NCBI RefSeq assembly: GCF_001194135.2
Contig: NC_068981.1
Location: 130,112,429 to 130,176,428, forward strand
Direction of reading: 5' to 3'
Source: Octopus bimaculoides
Lineage: Eukaryota
Length of the DNA stretch: 64,000 nt
Shown: piece after piece, positions 1 to 13,034 of the stretch
Layout of the letters: each line of letters begins with the position of its first letter
How positions within the stretch are numbered: the first letter of the stretch is position 1
Program-made: the position numbers and the translations under genes
Notes under the pieces: generated by a model
Seen by the model: only the letters and a program-made list of their open reading frames with translations
Told to the model about the DNA's origin: nothing
Database searches by the model: none

Positions 1-1494
1 AACAGCTGACCTGAGTATAAAGAGGCATAACTTGAATGGAACTAAATAACTAAATACCACAAAGTATCTTTTCATTTGTTTCATTTGGTGAGCCAACATA
101 CATGCGTGCGTGCATGCATGCATGCATACATACATACATTCATTAAGAGAAGATAAATAAATAATTCTGAGCTGGTTCCTCAGCACCTTTGTGAAAACTG
201 TCTAATGGAATATATATAAACACAATTTACCTTAAAGTAAACTATCTATACTCTGAAATTCCACGGTTAATAAATTAGTCAGAGTATAATACATTAAGTT
301 GAATATAGGAATTTATGGCATAAATTCTTTAAGTTATGATCATTTTAACACAACATAGAATATATACATTTCATGGATATAAATATTGATTTCAAATTTT
401 GGCATAGGGCTAGCAAGTTTGGGGAGTGGTGGGATAAGTTGATTCCATCGACCCCAGTGTTCAACTGGTACTTTATTGGCTCCAAAAGGATGAAAGGCAA
501 AGCTGACCTCGGCAGAAACTGTACTCAGAATCTAATGATGGATGAAATATCACTAAAGCATTCTATTCAGCACACTAACATCTCTGCCAGCTTACCACCA
601 TGAATATAAATATTATAAAGGGTAAAGATTCCATTTGGTCATAAATGACCATGGGATTGCACCTAGAAAGTTACCCTCTGAAGCACAAGTTCATGCAAGG
701 TTGTTTATGGAAGACCAGCCCGGTTCAGGAATTGAACTCACTACCTCATGATTATAAGCCAGATGCTCTCACCACTGAGCCATGTGCCTTCACTGACTAT
801 AAATATTAATGATGAAATATAAATGAATTTATAAAATTTATAGAATGACAATATATTGATGTAAACCAGAAGCATTTCTTCAAATAAAGTTTCAAAAATA
901 ATATACTCTTGAAACTGTGTTTGAGGAATATTTATATTCAGGAAATGTATTTTCCATGTAGTGTTGAAACGAACATAACTAAAGAATTTAATGACATATA
1001 AATTCCAGTTTTTGACAATATACACACTCACATATCCAAAAGGCTTTTGCAAAGTTTTTGCTTAACACTTGTCCAAAGTGAACTCATAACCACATGTTGC
1101 AAAGCAAATTCCTTAACCACATAAATATTGAAAACTAGTCTTGGCTGTGTGGTAAAGTGGTTAGCTTCTCAACTACAAGGCTTTGAGTTCAGTCCAACTG
1201 CATGGCACCTTGGGCAAATGTCTACTACAGCCCTGGGCCAGCCAAAGCCTCGAGAGTGGATTTGGTAAATGGAAACTGAAAGAAGCCCGTTATCAAGTAT
1301 AATAAATGCAAAAACTAATTTCTGTGGGTCAGTGTGTTACACTTAGACCCTCCCTTTCACTATTCAATGACACTCCTACTATTCCTCATGACAGAATGCG
1401 AGTAATAGTAGGCATAGAGATGGTGAGGACGGTGGCAAAGACAGACAGACAGAGAGAGAGAAAGAAAAAGAGAGGGAGAGAAAGAGAGACAAAG

Positions 1495-1760
1495 AAATTT
1501 AGGGACCCACAATCCTGAAATTTTGGGTTCCTAAGTTTTCATTACTGTGATTGTTTGTGGTGATTTTTTTACATGACATTTTGCGACAAATTTTTTTGTA
1601 CGATAACAGTTTTTATAATCTAAAGGCTAACTCTGTGAGTAAATTAAAAACATTCTGGGCTGAATTTGGACCTGCAATCCTGAAATTGTGGACTCCTATG
1701 TTTTCATTACTGCTATTGTTTTTGGTGACTTTTTTTTACATGATTTTTTGCAACAAATAT
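1495..1760. repeat. Diverged tandem duplication (about 95-bp segment, about 170-bp spacing)
   Basis: CAATCCTGAAATT.TGG..TCCTA.GTTTTCATTACTG occurs twice. Confidence 0.7.
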
Positions 1761-3699
1761 GCTTATCATTGGGATATGACTCTGGAGGAAGCAATTACAA
1801 CAAATTCTCCAAGTCAGTGATCTGTTTGTAGATCTTCCCATTCAGGGTCAGTTGCTTAAAAGCTATATACTAGCTTAAAAGTACTAGGTTTGAAAGAATA
1901 ACACTGGGATCAATTTGTTTGACTAAACCCGGCCAGGTGGTGCTCCAGCATGGCCACAGTCTAATGACTGGAACAAATAAAGATAAAAATTGTTTTTTGA
2001 GAATAACTATAGAAAACAAAAGAATTAGTTTTTCGAGAAGATTTACTTTAAAACTCCTAATTCTTCTTGCATATTTATGTACATACAAATTATCTTGTAG
2101 CGTATCTGTCACACTAACCTTTCATCATCTGATACAAAAATCGCCTTCCCCCAACGTGCCCCCGCCTCAAAGGTTTTTTTGTCTTGCAAGTTATTTGGTG
2201 ACCCTGCCAGTGTTCGTGCCACGTAAAAAGCATCCAGTCCACACTGTAGAGTGGTTAGCATTTAGAAGGGCATCCAGCTGTAAAAACCACACTGACAAAG
2301 AAGTCTAGTGCAGTCTTGTCTGGCCAGCTCCTGTCAAACCATCCAACCCATGCCAGCATGAAAGGCAGATGTTGAATAATGATGATAATGATATATAATG
2401 TGTAATGAAGTAATAATATTTTGTAAATCTTAGGATTGTTGCAACATCACAGAAAACAATTTTCAAGAAGTGACTAAAGAGAATATACAAGAGTGGTTTT
2501 TATTCTGCAAGTTAGTGAATCCTGCACAGCAAGATAGTAAAACATTCAGTGACACAGTGATATACAATGAACTGTGTCTTTCTATTGAAACTACATATTA
2601 ATGAGAAGTTGACCACTGAATGAGCTTTTTTTCTTTTTTTTTTTTTTTTTTTTTTTTTTTCTTTTTCTTAGCCCTTTTATATTTCTGTTGAAACACACAA
2701 CCCCTGCTTCATTTAATTCTGAAAATGACTAATTTGATGAAATAATTATTAATAACCCTTTTACTGCAGAAATCAGATATATTCACTCAAAATTTCAGTA
2801 TTCTTAACTGCAGAAAGCAGTTTTATATATCAATTTATCTTTGTTGAGGAATGTCATGTTCAAATCTATAAGTCAATTTTATTGAGGCAATGTGACTCAC
2901 AGAAAAATATCAATTCCATTTTTTGGTAGATGCTTAACATATTCACTGGAATAACCATGAAATTTAATTTCACAGTTAAAGGGTGAATCTAGTATTTGAA
3001 ACATAAATTAACATGAAATTTTGATGGAATGTTTTAATATAGATCACTTTAAAAGATAAAGACCCCCTTCGGTCATGAATGACCATGGGATTGTAACTAG
3101 AAAGTTTCCCTATGAGGCACAAATCCAGGCAAGGTTGTGTATGGAAGACCAGCAGTCGCCCATGCATACCAGCCTCCCCTCTCCATATCACCAACATTAT
3201 CCAAGGGAAAGATGATACAGCGTGGCACCAGTGACATTGCAACTCATTTCTATAACTAAGTGAATTGGAGCAATGTGAAATAAAGTGTCTTCCTCAAGAA
3301 TACAACACAGCCTGGTCCAGGAATCAAACTCACTACTTCATGATTGTGAGCTCTAACTACTGAGCCATAAAGCATTATACTATAGAATTAGGGACTTTCT
3401 TGAGTGAACTGGTATCAAAAAGGGTTAACGGACACTAAGCAACTGTAGTGACTGTATAGAATTTGATTGATTGCTTTGCATTTTATCAGTTTGGTAGGCT
3501 GAAAAATTCATTGTATACATGATGCTATTGCAGTTAAAACATAGAAGTCAGTGGTTCTCAAATAGAGAAATACCATCCTCACCACCACTACTAAAACTAA
3601 TAATTATATATTTTAGTGAAATTTTTTTTATTCCACCTCATTAGTGAGAAATGTGAAATTGTGAGAAATGTAAAATAGTTTATATGCATGCATAATATG

Positions 3700-4830
3700 T
3701 AATACGTTTGTGTATTTGCAAATGTGGAAGAACTTATTTGTGGAAATAATCACAGCAGTAATTTCTCTGCACAGTCTACATGTGTGAAAACACATTGGGC
3801 AATGAATGACATTGTCGAATTGTAAGATGCATGTGTTTCTATGTTGTGCATCATCAACCACAAATACTGAATTTGTTCTTCACAACCCTTTCAGAATAAG
3901 AGTTCTAATATGTAAGAACAGTAAATTTACTGGCATATGTAAAGCTTTGTCAAGCTAGAATTAAATAGAGTCATATGAAGCAGTATTGAGTAAAATATCA
4001 TCATCATCATCATCATCATCGTTTAACGTCCGCTTTCCATGCTAGCATGGGTTGGACGATTTGACTGAGGACTGGTGAAACCGGATGGCAACACCAGAAC
4101 ATGTTTGTGTACATTCAAATCTGGGAAGACCTTTCACTACATAGATAGCCGTGGAGGAAATTTCTCCATACAGATGTGTGAAAACACACTGGGCTATGAA
4201 TGAAAGCTTGACCAAGCATTATGCATTCCAGCAAATTTATTACTTGCTGTTCTAATATACCAAAAGTATCATTCTGATAAGGATGTGAAGGGCAAATTCA
4301 GAATTCATGGCTGACATGCAACAACACGGAAACGCACACATCCCAAGCTCAGAACAACAAACACATTTCCAGAAACACATGCTTCCTATAATCTAATGAC
4401 ATTTTTCACAGCCCTTTATATTTTCACACATATCGTCTAGGAGGAGAATTTTTTTCCTGAGACTCTTTTTTGCACAGTAAAAAGTCTTTCCATGTCCAAA
4501 TATACTCAAACATTTTAAATATAACTTCACATTAATATATTTTATTCAACACTACTTCAGTTAATTCTAGTTTGACCGAGTTTTGCATACATCAGTGAAT
4601 GAACTGTTTACTGTTCCAATATAAGAGTGAATCATTCTTTTGGACTGTGAAAAAGCAGATTTGAAACAGCACAGAAACATGTACACACTACAATCCAGTG
4701 ATGTAATTCACTCATGTCTAGAAGGAGAATTTCTCCCAAGACTGTTTCCACAATGAAAGGTCTTTCATGTCTGAATGTATCCGAATGTATTAAATATCAC
4801 CTTTCATTAATACATTTTATTTAATGCTGA
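3700..4830. repeat. Old about 300-bp-unit tandem array with internal inversion
   Basis: The motif TGTTTG.GTA...ATGTGTGAAAA.AC...GGGC..TGAA occurs forward at about 3705 and 4100 and reversed at about 4400-4515 and 4680-4795. Confidence 0.6.
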
Positions 4831-4846
4831 TTTGTGTGACCTCTGT

Positions 4847-4880
<34 letters not shown>

Positions 4881-4885
<5 letters not shown>

Positions 4886-5343
4886 ATTAGCATTGAGTTG
4901 CTTCTCCAACATACTGAAAATTTAGAAATAGCAGTCAAAGAACTACTGATTCTAAACTACAAAATTTTTCTCTAAATGGATGGCGATATTTATGGCAGAA
5001 CTCACTAGCCGATAAATTCGTAAGTGCCTTTCTTGTCGTTGATTTTTGGTGTCGCATGGCCAAAAATTACCGTGAATTTTTTTAGAGACACTTTCAAATT
5101 TATCAGAATATCTGACTGATGATTTGGAATAGGGATTTTTCATTCTCTTAACCATGAAACGATTGTATCCGATTAACTAAAGACTTGTTTTGTTTATGCT
5201 TTCCCCTCCGGTTTTTTGTTCTATGTGTGCCATAAATATCGCCATCCATTTAGAGAAAAATTTGTAGTTTAGAATCAGTAGTTCTTTGACTGCTATTTCT
5301 AAATTTTCAGTATGTTGGAGAAGCAACTCAATGCTAATCCCTG
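4881..5343. mobile_element. Tc1/mariner-type MITE with about 116-bp near-perfect TIRs
   Basis: (T/C)AGGGATTAGCATTGAG...TATGGCA and its reverse complement; TA flanks. Confidence 0.85.
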
Positions 5344-6664
5344 TATATTTATGATGATAAATGGGTTTACCGATAAAGGTTTTTTCATACTGAACTACTT
5401 GGCAAAATTGTTAATTATTAATTCTATTATTAATTGACGATTCCCTGCCCTTGTTCTTGTATATATATATATATATATATAATACTAATATCAAGAGAGG
5501 ATAGAGTTGGTATGAAAAACAAATATTCTTAATTGGCTCCATTCTAGTTCATTCATTGCAAATAAAATATGTACTTGACAAAGTACTGGGATCAATGCAG
5601 TCAGCAAAACCACTTTCAAGATGGTCAAAACAGCACAGCTATAACCAGCAAAATATTAATTATATGGCTATAACCAGTAAAATAGATAACCCTATCCTAG
5701 TTGCTTTTCAGCACCTATGCTTCCTATCCTCTAACTGTAAGTAGACTGTTTCTTCACAGTCCTACTGAAAATAATAGTACAGGTGATTACAAAAGGAATA
5801 ACAATGAAAATAACACTTAGCATCCTCATAAAATGCTCTCTATTATTATTCCTGGTTTTATAATTAAACCTTTAATTTTAAATCAAAAACTTTCAAAATT
5901 TTAACTGAGAACATTTTGTTATGCTTTTGTTTTTATCTGTCAGGAGAAAAGGTAACACACATGACCATTACAGGGACTTTCAGATCAGTCCCACTGCATG
6001 GTACCCTGGACATGGATCCTTTATATTAGTCACAGGCTGTACAAAGCCTTGAATGGATTTGGTAAGCAGAAACTAAAAGAATCCTGTCGTCTATATAGAT
6101 CATCACCATCATTTAATGTCTGTTTTCCATGCTGACATGGGTTGGATGGTTTGACAGGAGCTGGCAAGACAGAGAGCTGCACCAGGCTCCAATTTGTCTG
6201 TTTGGGCATGGTTGTTTCAGTTGGATGCCCTTCCTAATGCCAACCACTTTACAGAGTGCACTGGGTGCTTTTCACATGGCACTGGCATGGGTGCTTTATG
6301 TGATGTTGGCACAGATGCTCTATACGTAGTGCTGGCACACTATAACTGTGTGTGTGTGTGTCTGTGTGTGTTTATATTTGGGGTTTATGAAAGCCACTTG
6401 CTGCAAATGATGAGGTTGCTTTCGTGAACAAATTGCCCACTTGATTTGCACTTTCAAAGATGTCAGAAATAAGAGATCCCCTACTTGAAAATCAGGTAAA
6501 AGTTAGTAACAGGAAGAAAATCTGGCTACAAAACAATACCCAAATACATTCATCTAACTAATGCTAGCACAGGAAAAATGGACATACATTGAATGAAATA
6601 TGAGTGAAAAAGGGCAGTATGCTAGCATGGTCACAGTCAAATAGCTGAAACCAGTAACATAATC

Positions 6665-7500
6665 CTTTATTCTACAGGTACAAGGCCTGAAATTTTAGAG
6701 GAATGATGTAATCAACTACATCAACCCCAATACTCAACGGGTATTATTTTATTGATAATAAGCAAAGTCTATCTAAGTGGAATTTGAACTCAGAATGTTA
6801 AGATCCAGAAGAAATGCTGCTAAGCATTTTATCCAACGTGATAAAGATTCTGCCAAGTCAAAGTTTTAATAATCATTTCTACTACAAGTACAAAACCAGA
6901 AATCTTGAGAGAGAGAGACAGCTAGTTTTTTATGTTGGCCCAAGTGCTTAACTGGTCTTATTTTATTGGCCCTCAAAAGGATGAAAGCAAAGTTGACCTT
7001 AGCAGCATATGAACCAGAATGTAACACTGGGAGAAATGTCACTAAGCATTTTATTGTCTGCTAAGGATTCTGCTAGCTGAACACCTTAATAATGATTTCA
7101 AATTTTGGCACAAGGCCAGCAATTTTGGGGGAGTGGGTAAGTCAATTATATTGACCCTAATACTTAACTGGTACTTATCACTTCAAAAGGATGAAAAGCA
7201 AAGTCAAACTTGGCAGAATTTGTCAACACCTTAATTCCTTTTACTATAGACACAATGCCTGAAATTTTGGGAGAAGGGGCTAGTCAAGTACTTAACAGGT
7301 ACTTATTTTACTGACCCCAAAAGGATGACAGGTAAAGTTTATCTCTACAAAATTGGAACTCAAAATGAAATGAGCTGGAAGAAATGCTGATAAACGTGTC
7401 CAACATGTTAATGATTCTGCCAGCTCACCACCTTAATAATAATAATAATCTTTTCTACTATAGGCACAAGGGGAGGGGTTAAGTCGATTATATCAACCCC
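6665..7500 (-). mobile_element. Pile-up of about 5 decayed family-B SINE copies in the same orientation
   Basis: Repeated AAAGGATGAAAG.CAAAG..GAC...GAATTTGAAC motifs. Another copy at about 385-600. Confidence 0.7.
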
Positions 7501-7525
7501 ACAATCCATAGGATAAGGGTTTTCA

Positions 7526-7725
7526 TCATCATCATCATCGTTTAACGTCCGCTTTCCATGCTAGCATGGGTTGGACAATTTGACTGAGGACTGGTGGACC
7601 AGGTGGTTACACCAGGCTCCAATCTGATTTGGCAGAGTTTCTACAGCTGGATGCCCTTCCTAACGCCAACCACTCCAAGAGTGTAGTGGGTGCTTTTACA
7701 TACCACCGGCACGAAGGCCAGGTGG
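7526..7725 (-). mobile_element. Short retroposon family C with (GAT)n tail
   Basis: CATCATCGTTTAACGTCCGCTTTCCATGCTAGCATGGGTTGGAC. Other copies at about 2175-2398, 3998-4098, 6098-6330, 8100-8300, 31995-32203, 49592-49727, 50140-50348. Confidence 0.8.
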
Positions 7726-7928
7726 TTCAATACCTATTAGGAAAAGAAAGAATTGATTATATCAATCTCAGCACTTGACTGGTATTTTATTTTACTCACT
7801 CTGGAAGGATGAAATGCAATGTTGATCTTAGCAGTATTTGATCTCAGAACTTGAACTGGAACAAATAAATACTGCAAAGTATTTTATCCCATAGTCTAAT
7901 GATTCAGCTAAATGATTTCTTACTTAGA

Positions 7929-8090
7929 AAGTGGAGGGAAGTTGTAGAAGAGGGAGACCCAAGAAGACATGGGATGAAGTAGTGAAGACCAACCTCAAAA
8001 TTCTGAACCTTGTAAAGGAGATGACAGAGGACTAGGATATGTAGTGTATTGCTATACTCCAGAAGACCCACCCGCCACAACAGAATTGAG
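7929..8090 (+). mobile_element. RTE LINE 3' end
   Basis: VEGSCRRGRPKKTWDEVVKTNLKILNLVKEMTED motif. Confidence 0.75.
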
Positions 8091-8568
8091 ATCCTAAAAC
8101 CAAGGTGCTATGTAAAAAGCACTGGTCACAGTGTAACATATAAAGCACCCAAACTGTGTGGAGTGTTTGGCATTATGAAAGGCATCCAGCCACAAAATCT
8201 AAGTCAAAAGATATTATGGAACCTGGGCTTACCAGTTTCTGTCATGCCATCCAACCCATGCCAGCATGGAAAATGGACATTAAATGATGATATTGGTGAT
8301 GGTATTGATGAAAGCCACAAAACCACAGAAACAAAAGTTCTTTCATTTAAAAAACCCACAGATTTAGAAAATGTATCCCAAATATTCGTCTCTTAAAAAT
8401 GCAAACGTTCATATGTATTTTGTTTGTAATAAAGAAAACAGTGTTCAGTATAGACCTAGCTAGTTTATGAAGCAAATAATTAAAAGAATGAAGAATTAAT
8501 ATATATCAAAATTATACCAAACACCTCTGTTGAGAAGTTTCATCAAAATTCAACACTAGATAATGTCT

Positions 8569-8985
<417 letters not shown>

Positions 8986-9561
8986 TGCAGAAATAAATAC
9001 ATTTTTCTTTTGTATTTGTAAATTGAGAGTTTCAAGGAAAACCTCATTGGCATTGAAATGTTCAGTTAACCTTTTTGGTTTTTTTTACCATATTTCTGTT
9101 GTTATACACTACCCTTATTTCAATTAATTTTGAAAAATAAAGAATTTATTAAAATAACTGTCATTCTCAGGTTAGTAATTGGAACATAAATTACCATGAA
9201 ATTTCAATGGAATGTTTTAAATTAGATTACTTTAAAGTATGAAGTTTGCACCATAAAACTAAAAGCAGACTCAGGTAGGTTGGTATCAAAAGAGTTAACA
9301 CTTCAGCATTTAAACTGACCAAAATATTCCAGCTGTTTTATGTTCAAACTAGCCAGATCTGACCTCTCACACCAACCCTACAATATCATTCTAAAAATTA
9401 ACAGTTACCTCATCAAAATCTCAAAGCTACAAGATAATGTATGATTAATTCAAAACAATGTGAATAAAAAAGCATTATTCTTAACTGAATAATGTGAATG
9501 CTAAGGAGTTAAATTACATATCGATAGTTATTTTAGAAATTTCAGCATGCGCTATACTTAC

Positions 9562-9646
9562 CGTCCTGATTATAGTTCCAGTGAAGCATACGAGGCGTAG
9601 ACAAAGGATCTATATATTCCTGGCAGTCCATTAAGAGAGACGACAT
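9562..9646 (-). CDS. Candidate alternative first coding exon (MSSLLMDCQEYIDPLSTPRMLHWNYNQD+G, phase 1)
   Basis: 28 codons plus 1 nt, consensus donor ACG|GTAAGT, possible acceptor ctaatgccag| at 9653, local CpG retention. Upstream context is lost in a gap. Confidence 0.55.
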
Positions 9647-9909
9647 TATAATGCTGGCATTAGATTTTACACATACATTTTNNNNNNNNNNNNNNNNNNN
9701 NNNNNNNNNNNNNNNNNNNNNNNNNNNNNNNNNNNNNNNNNNNNNNNNNNNNNNNNNNNNNNNNNNNNNNNNNNNNNNNNNNNNNNNNNNNNNNNNNNNN
9801 NNNNNNNNNNNNNNNNNNNNNNNNNNNNNNNNNNNNNNNNNNNNNNNNNNNNNNNNNNNNNNNNNNNNNNNNNNNNNNNNNNNNNNNNNNNNNNNNNNNN
9901 NNNNNNNNN

Positions 9910-9944
<35 letters not shown>

Positions 9945-11924
9945 GTAGTTCTCTTTCTCTATTAGATATATATGTATATATAAACAGTCAGTCAAATGAC
10001 TGAGCCATTGTTTAAGCTAGAGTTCTATATGGCAAACTGACCAATCAGAACAAAAGAATATTTTGAGTGACATTTCAGGGCCTCCAGTTGTTGCGCTTGA
10101 CTTAAAGTCATATATGAGGTTTGATGATTTCATTGTAGCAAGATAATGTAAACATTTGAAAGCTTTATAGGATGGTCAGCTGGTGGATGATGTTGAAGAC
10201 AACAGTAATTCAGAGTAGCAGAGGTGGTTAGAGGGTGAAAGAGAAAGAATGAAAGAAAGAAGAAACACAGAGGAAGTGAAGTAACCTTTAGCCTTCTGAC
10301 AGATGACAACTTTTGGCTGCTCAACCCCTTACCCAAGCTGCTATAACCTAGCTTCTGTGTATGTGGTCGGTCATTCCTGTAGTGGATTTGTTTGAAGGGA
10401 GGTTGGTAATTTATTTAAAATAGAAAAAAAGAAAAGAAAATTTAATCAAATATATAATTTATATCTGAATAACTTAATGTTCAACCTTTGAACTCCCAAA
10501 CAACAAGAGACCATTGTTTCTCTAACCATCTTGAAGAACACACTCTTGTAGCATGACAATACATAGTTAGTATAAGAACCCATATATGGTTGTTTGCCCT
10601 GCTAGAAATAGTAGCCAAAACTCCCTCATAGCATCTTATTATTAAAATAAGAAAGGGACACATGGGTAATCTGTTTCCAAATGCACTCTACCTTGGATAA
10701 AGAGGGATTGTCATGACTAGAATATCTTATCATAGATTGGCTAAAGCAGGGTTAAGAAGCTTGCTTCCCAACCCTGTGATCTTGGGTTCAGTCCCACTGC
10801 ATAGCACCTTGGGAAAGCATCTACAATATCCATATTCCCAGGCTGACCAAAGCCTTGTGAGTAGGTTTGGTACATGGAAAACTGAAAGAATCCTGTCATT
10901 GTGTGTGTTGCCCACTACCACTTGGTGCACACAACCACTGTTAGCTTGTTCATGTCTCTGTAACTTAGTGGTTTGACAAAAGTGACCGATAAAGTAAGTT
11001 CCAGATTTAAAAAAATAAGTACCAAGTTCAATTTCTTTGACTAAACCTCTCAAGACGATGGCCCAATGACTGAAACAAGTAAAAAAAAAGCTGTATATTT
11101 CTATTTGTCACAGTACATATGGTCCTAGAAAAAACAATGTTAAGTCTATTGAAATAGCATTATTAAAATATTATATGAAATAGCATTATTAAAACATTAT
11201 TGCAAGGGCAGCAGATGGCAGAATTAGAAAAGCATTAGATTTGTGCCTTATGTTATTTGGTTATGTCACTTTGCATTCCATGTTTGATACCCAGCAGGTG
11301 TTGGTTGCCTTTCCTTTCAATCCTGGGATTGATAAGATCAGAACCAGCTAAATACTGAGCTAAATTCAATCAACAACATCCCACCCCACAATATTGTGAT
11401 TTGGTGGATGTGCTCAAAATCATTATTAAAAACATTTGTCTATTTATTTTCTTTAAAAAAAAATGGGAATGGCTGTGAAGTAAGAAGCTTGCTTCTCAAC
11501 CAGATGGTTCTAGGTCCGTGGCATCTTATACAAGTGGCCTCTACTACAGCCTTGGGCCAGTCAATGCCTTGTGAGTGGATTTGGTAGATGGAAACTGAAA
11601 GAAGTGCGTGTCTCCCACCACTGCTTGACAACTGATGTTGGTGCATTTACTTCCCTGTAACTGAGTGGTTCAACAAAAGAGACTGGTGAAATAAGTATCA
11701 AGTATAACAAAATTAAGTACTGGGGTCAATTCATTTGACTAAAAATTCTTCAAGGTGGTGCCCCAGCATGGCCAAAAGATGGAAAACTAAAATTAACAGG
11801 TTTCATATATTATTTTTGTGTATTACATTTAGTATTTAATAAAGTAATTTAATATAAATAAACATTTTACTGGTTGCTTGGGAAGTAAATACAATTCAGT
11901 TTTAATACCTTGATTTGGAAGAAA

Positions 11925-12132
11925 TACTCTTTATTCTTTTACTTGTTTCAGTCATTTGACTGTGGCCATGCTGGGGCACCACCTTTAGTCGAGCAAATCG
12001 ACCCCAGGATATGCTTTGGACGCCTAGTACTTATTCTATCGGTCTCTTTTGCCGAACCGCTAAGTTATGGGGATGTAAACACACTACCATCGTTTGTCAA
12101 GCGATGTTGGGGTGACAAACACAGACATACAA

Positions 12133-12175
<43 letters not shown>

Positions 12176-12349
12176 CATATATACAATGGGCTTCTTTCAG
12201 TTTCCATCTACCAAATCCACTCACGAGGCTTTGGTTGGCCCAAGACTATAGTAGAAGACACTTGCCCAAGGTGCCATGCAGTAGGAATGAACCCGGAATC
12301 TTGTAGTTGGTAAGTAAGCTACTTACCACACAGCCACTCCTGTGCCTAT
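11925..12349 (-). mobile_element. tRNA-derived SINE family A (central CA/TA microsatellite)
   Basis: Head GGCTGTGTGGTAAG...GGTTCAGTCCC and tail GACTGAAACAAGTAAAAGAGT. More copies at about 10735-11090(+), 11470-11780(+), 18126-18516(+), 19915-20130(-), 36880-37235(+) and fragments elsewhere. Confidence 0.9.
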
Positions 12350-12734
12350 GGTAATATTTTGAATTAAATGAATTGAAAAAATGATATTTTGAATTAAATA
12401 AGGTAATTGTTTTTAAATAGCAACCTGTGCATCATACTAAAAGCAGATACATCATGGTAAGCATAATTAACTGCAGTATTTATCCTGTGACAATATCTCT
12501 GATAGATAATACAGTTCATTAGGTTTTCCATAATGTATCTAACTTAGACATGATGAACAGAGCTTTTCCAAAGACATTGACAGTAAAACAATTAATGGCA
12601 AAATATTCCCAGTCAGAAACTGATATTTTTCTAAGTTTACAAAGAATTTAACATAAAACAATGATATCTATCATTAGATTTGTAATAAGAGATCAGTAAA
12701 AGGCACATGAACAGTTGTCAATAAAGTAACAAAG

Positions 12735-13034
12735 ACCCCCTAAAGTTACCCTCCAAGGTACAAGTCCAGGCAAAGTTGTTTATGGAAAGCTAGCAGTCAC
12801 CCATGCATACCAGCCTCCCTTCTCCTAACCACCAATGTTGTCCAAGGGAAAGGCAAAGGCCGATACAGCTTGGCACAAGTGACGTTGCAACTCATTTCTA
12901 CATATGAGTGAACTGGAGTAACATGAAATAAAGTGTCTTGCTCAAGAGTACAACATACAGCCCAGTTTAGGAACTGAACTCACTACCTCATGGTTGTGAG
13001 GCCAACACTAACCACTGAGCCATGTGCCTTTACC
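12735..13034 (-). mobile_element. tRNA-derived SINE family D
   Basis: AAGTTACCCTCC...CAACTCATTTCTAC...TAACCACTGAGCCATG. Other copies at about 3062-3368 and 628-793. Confidence 0.8.
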
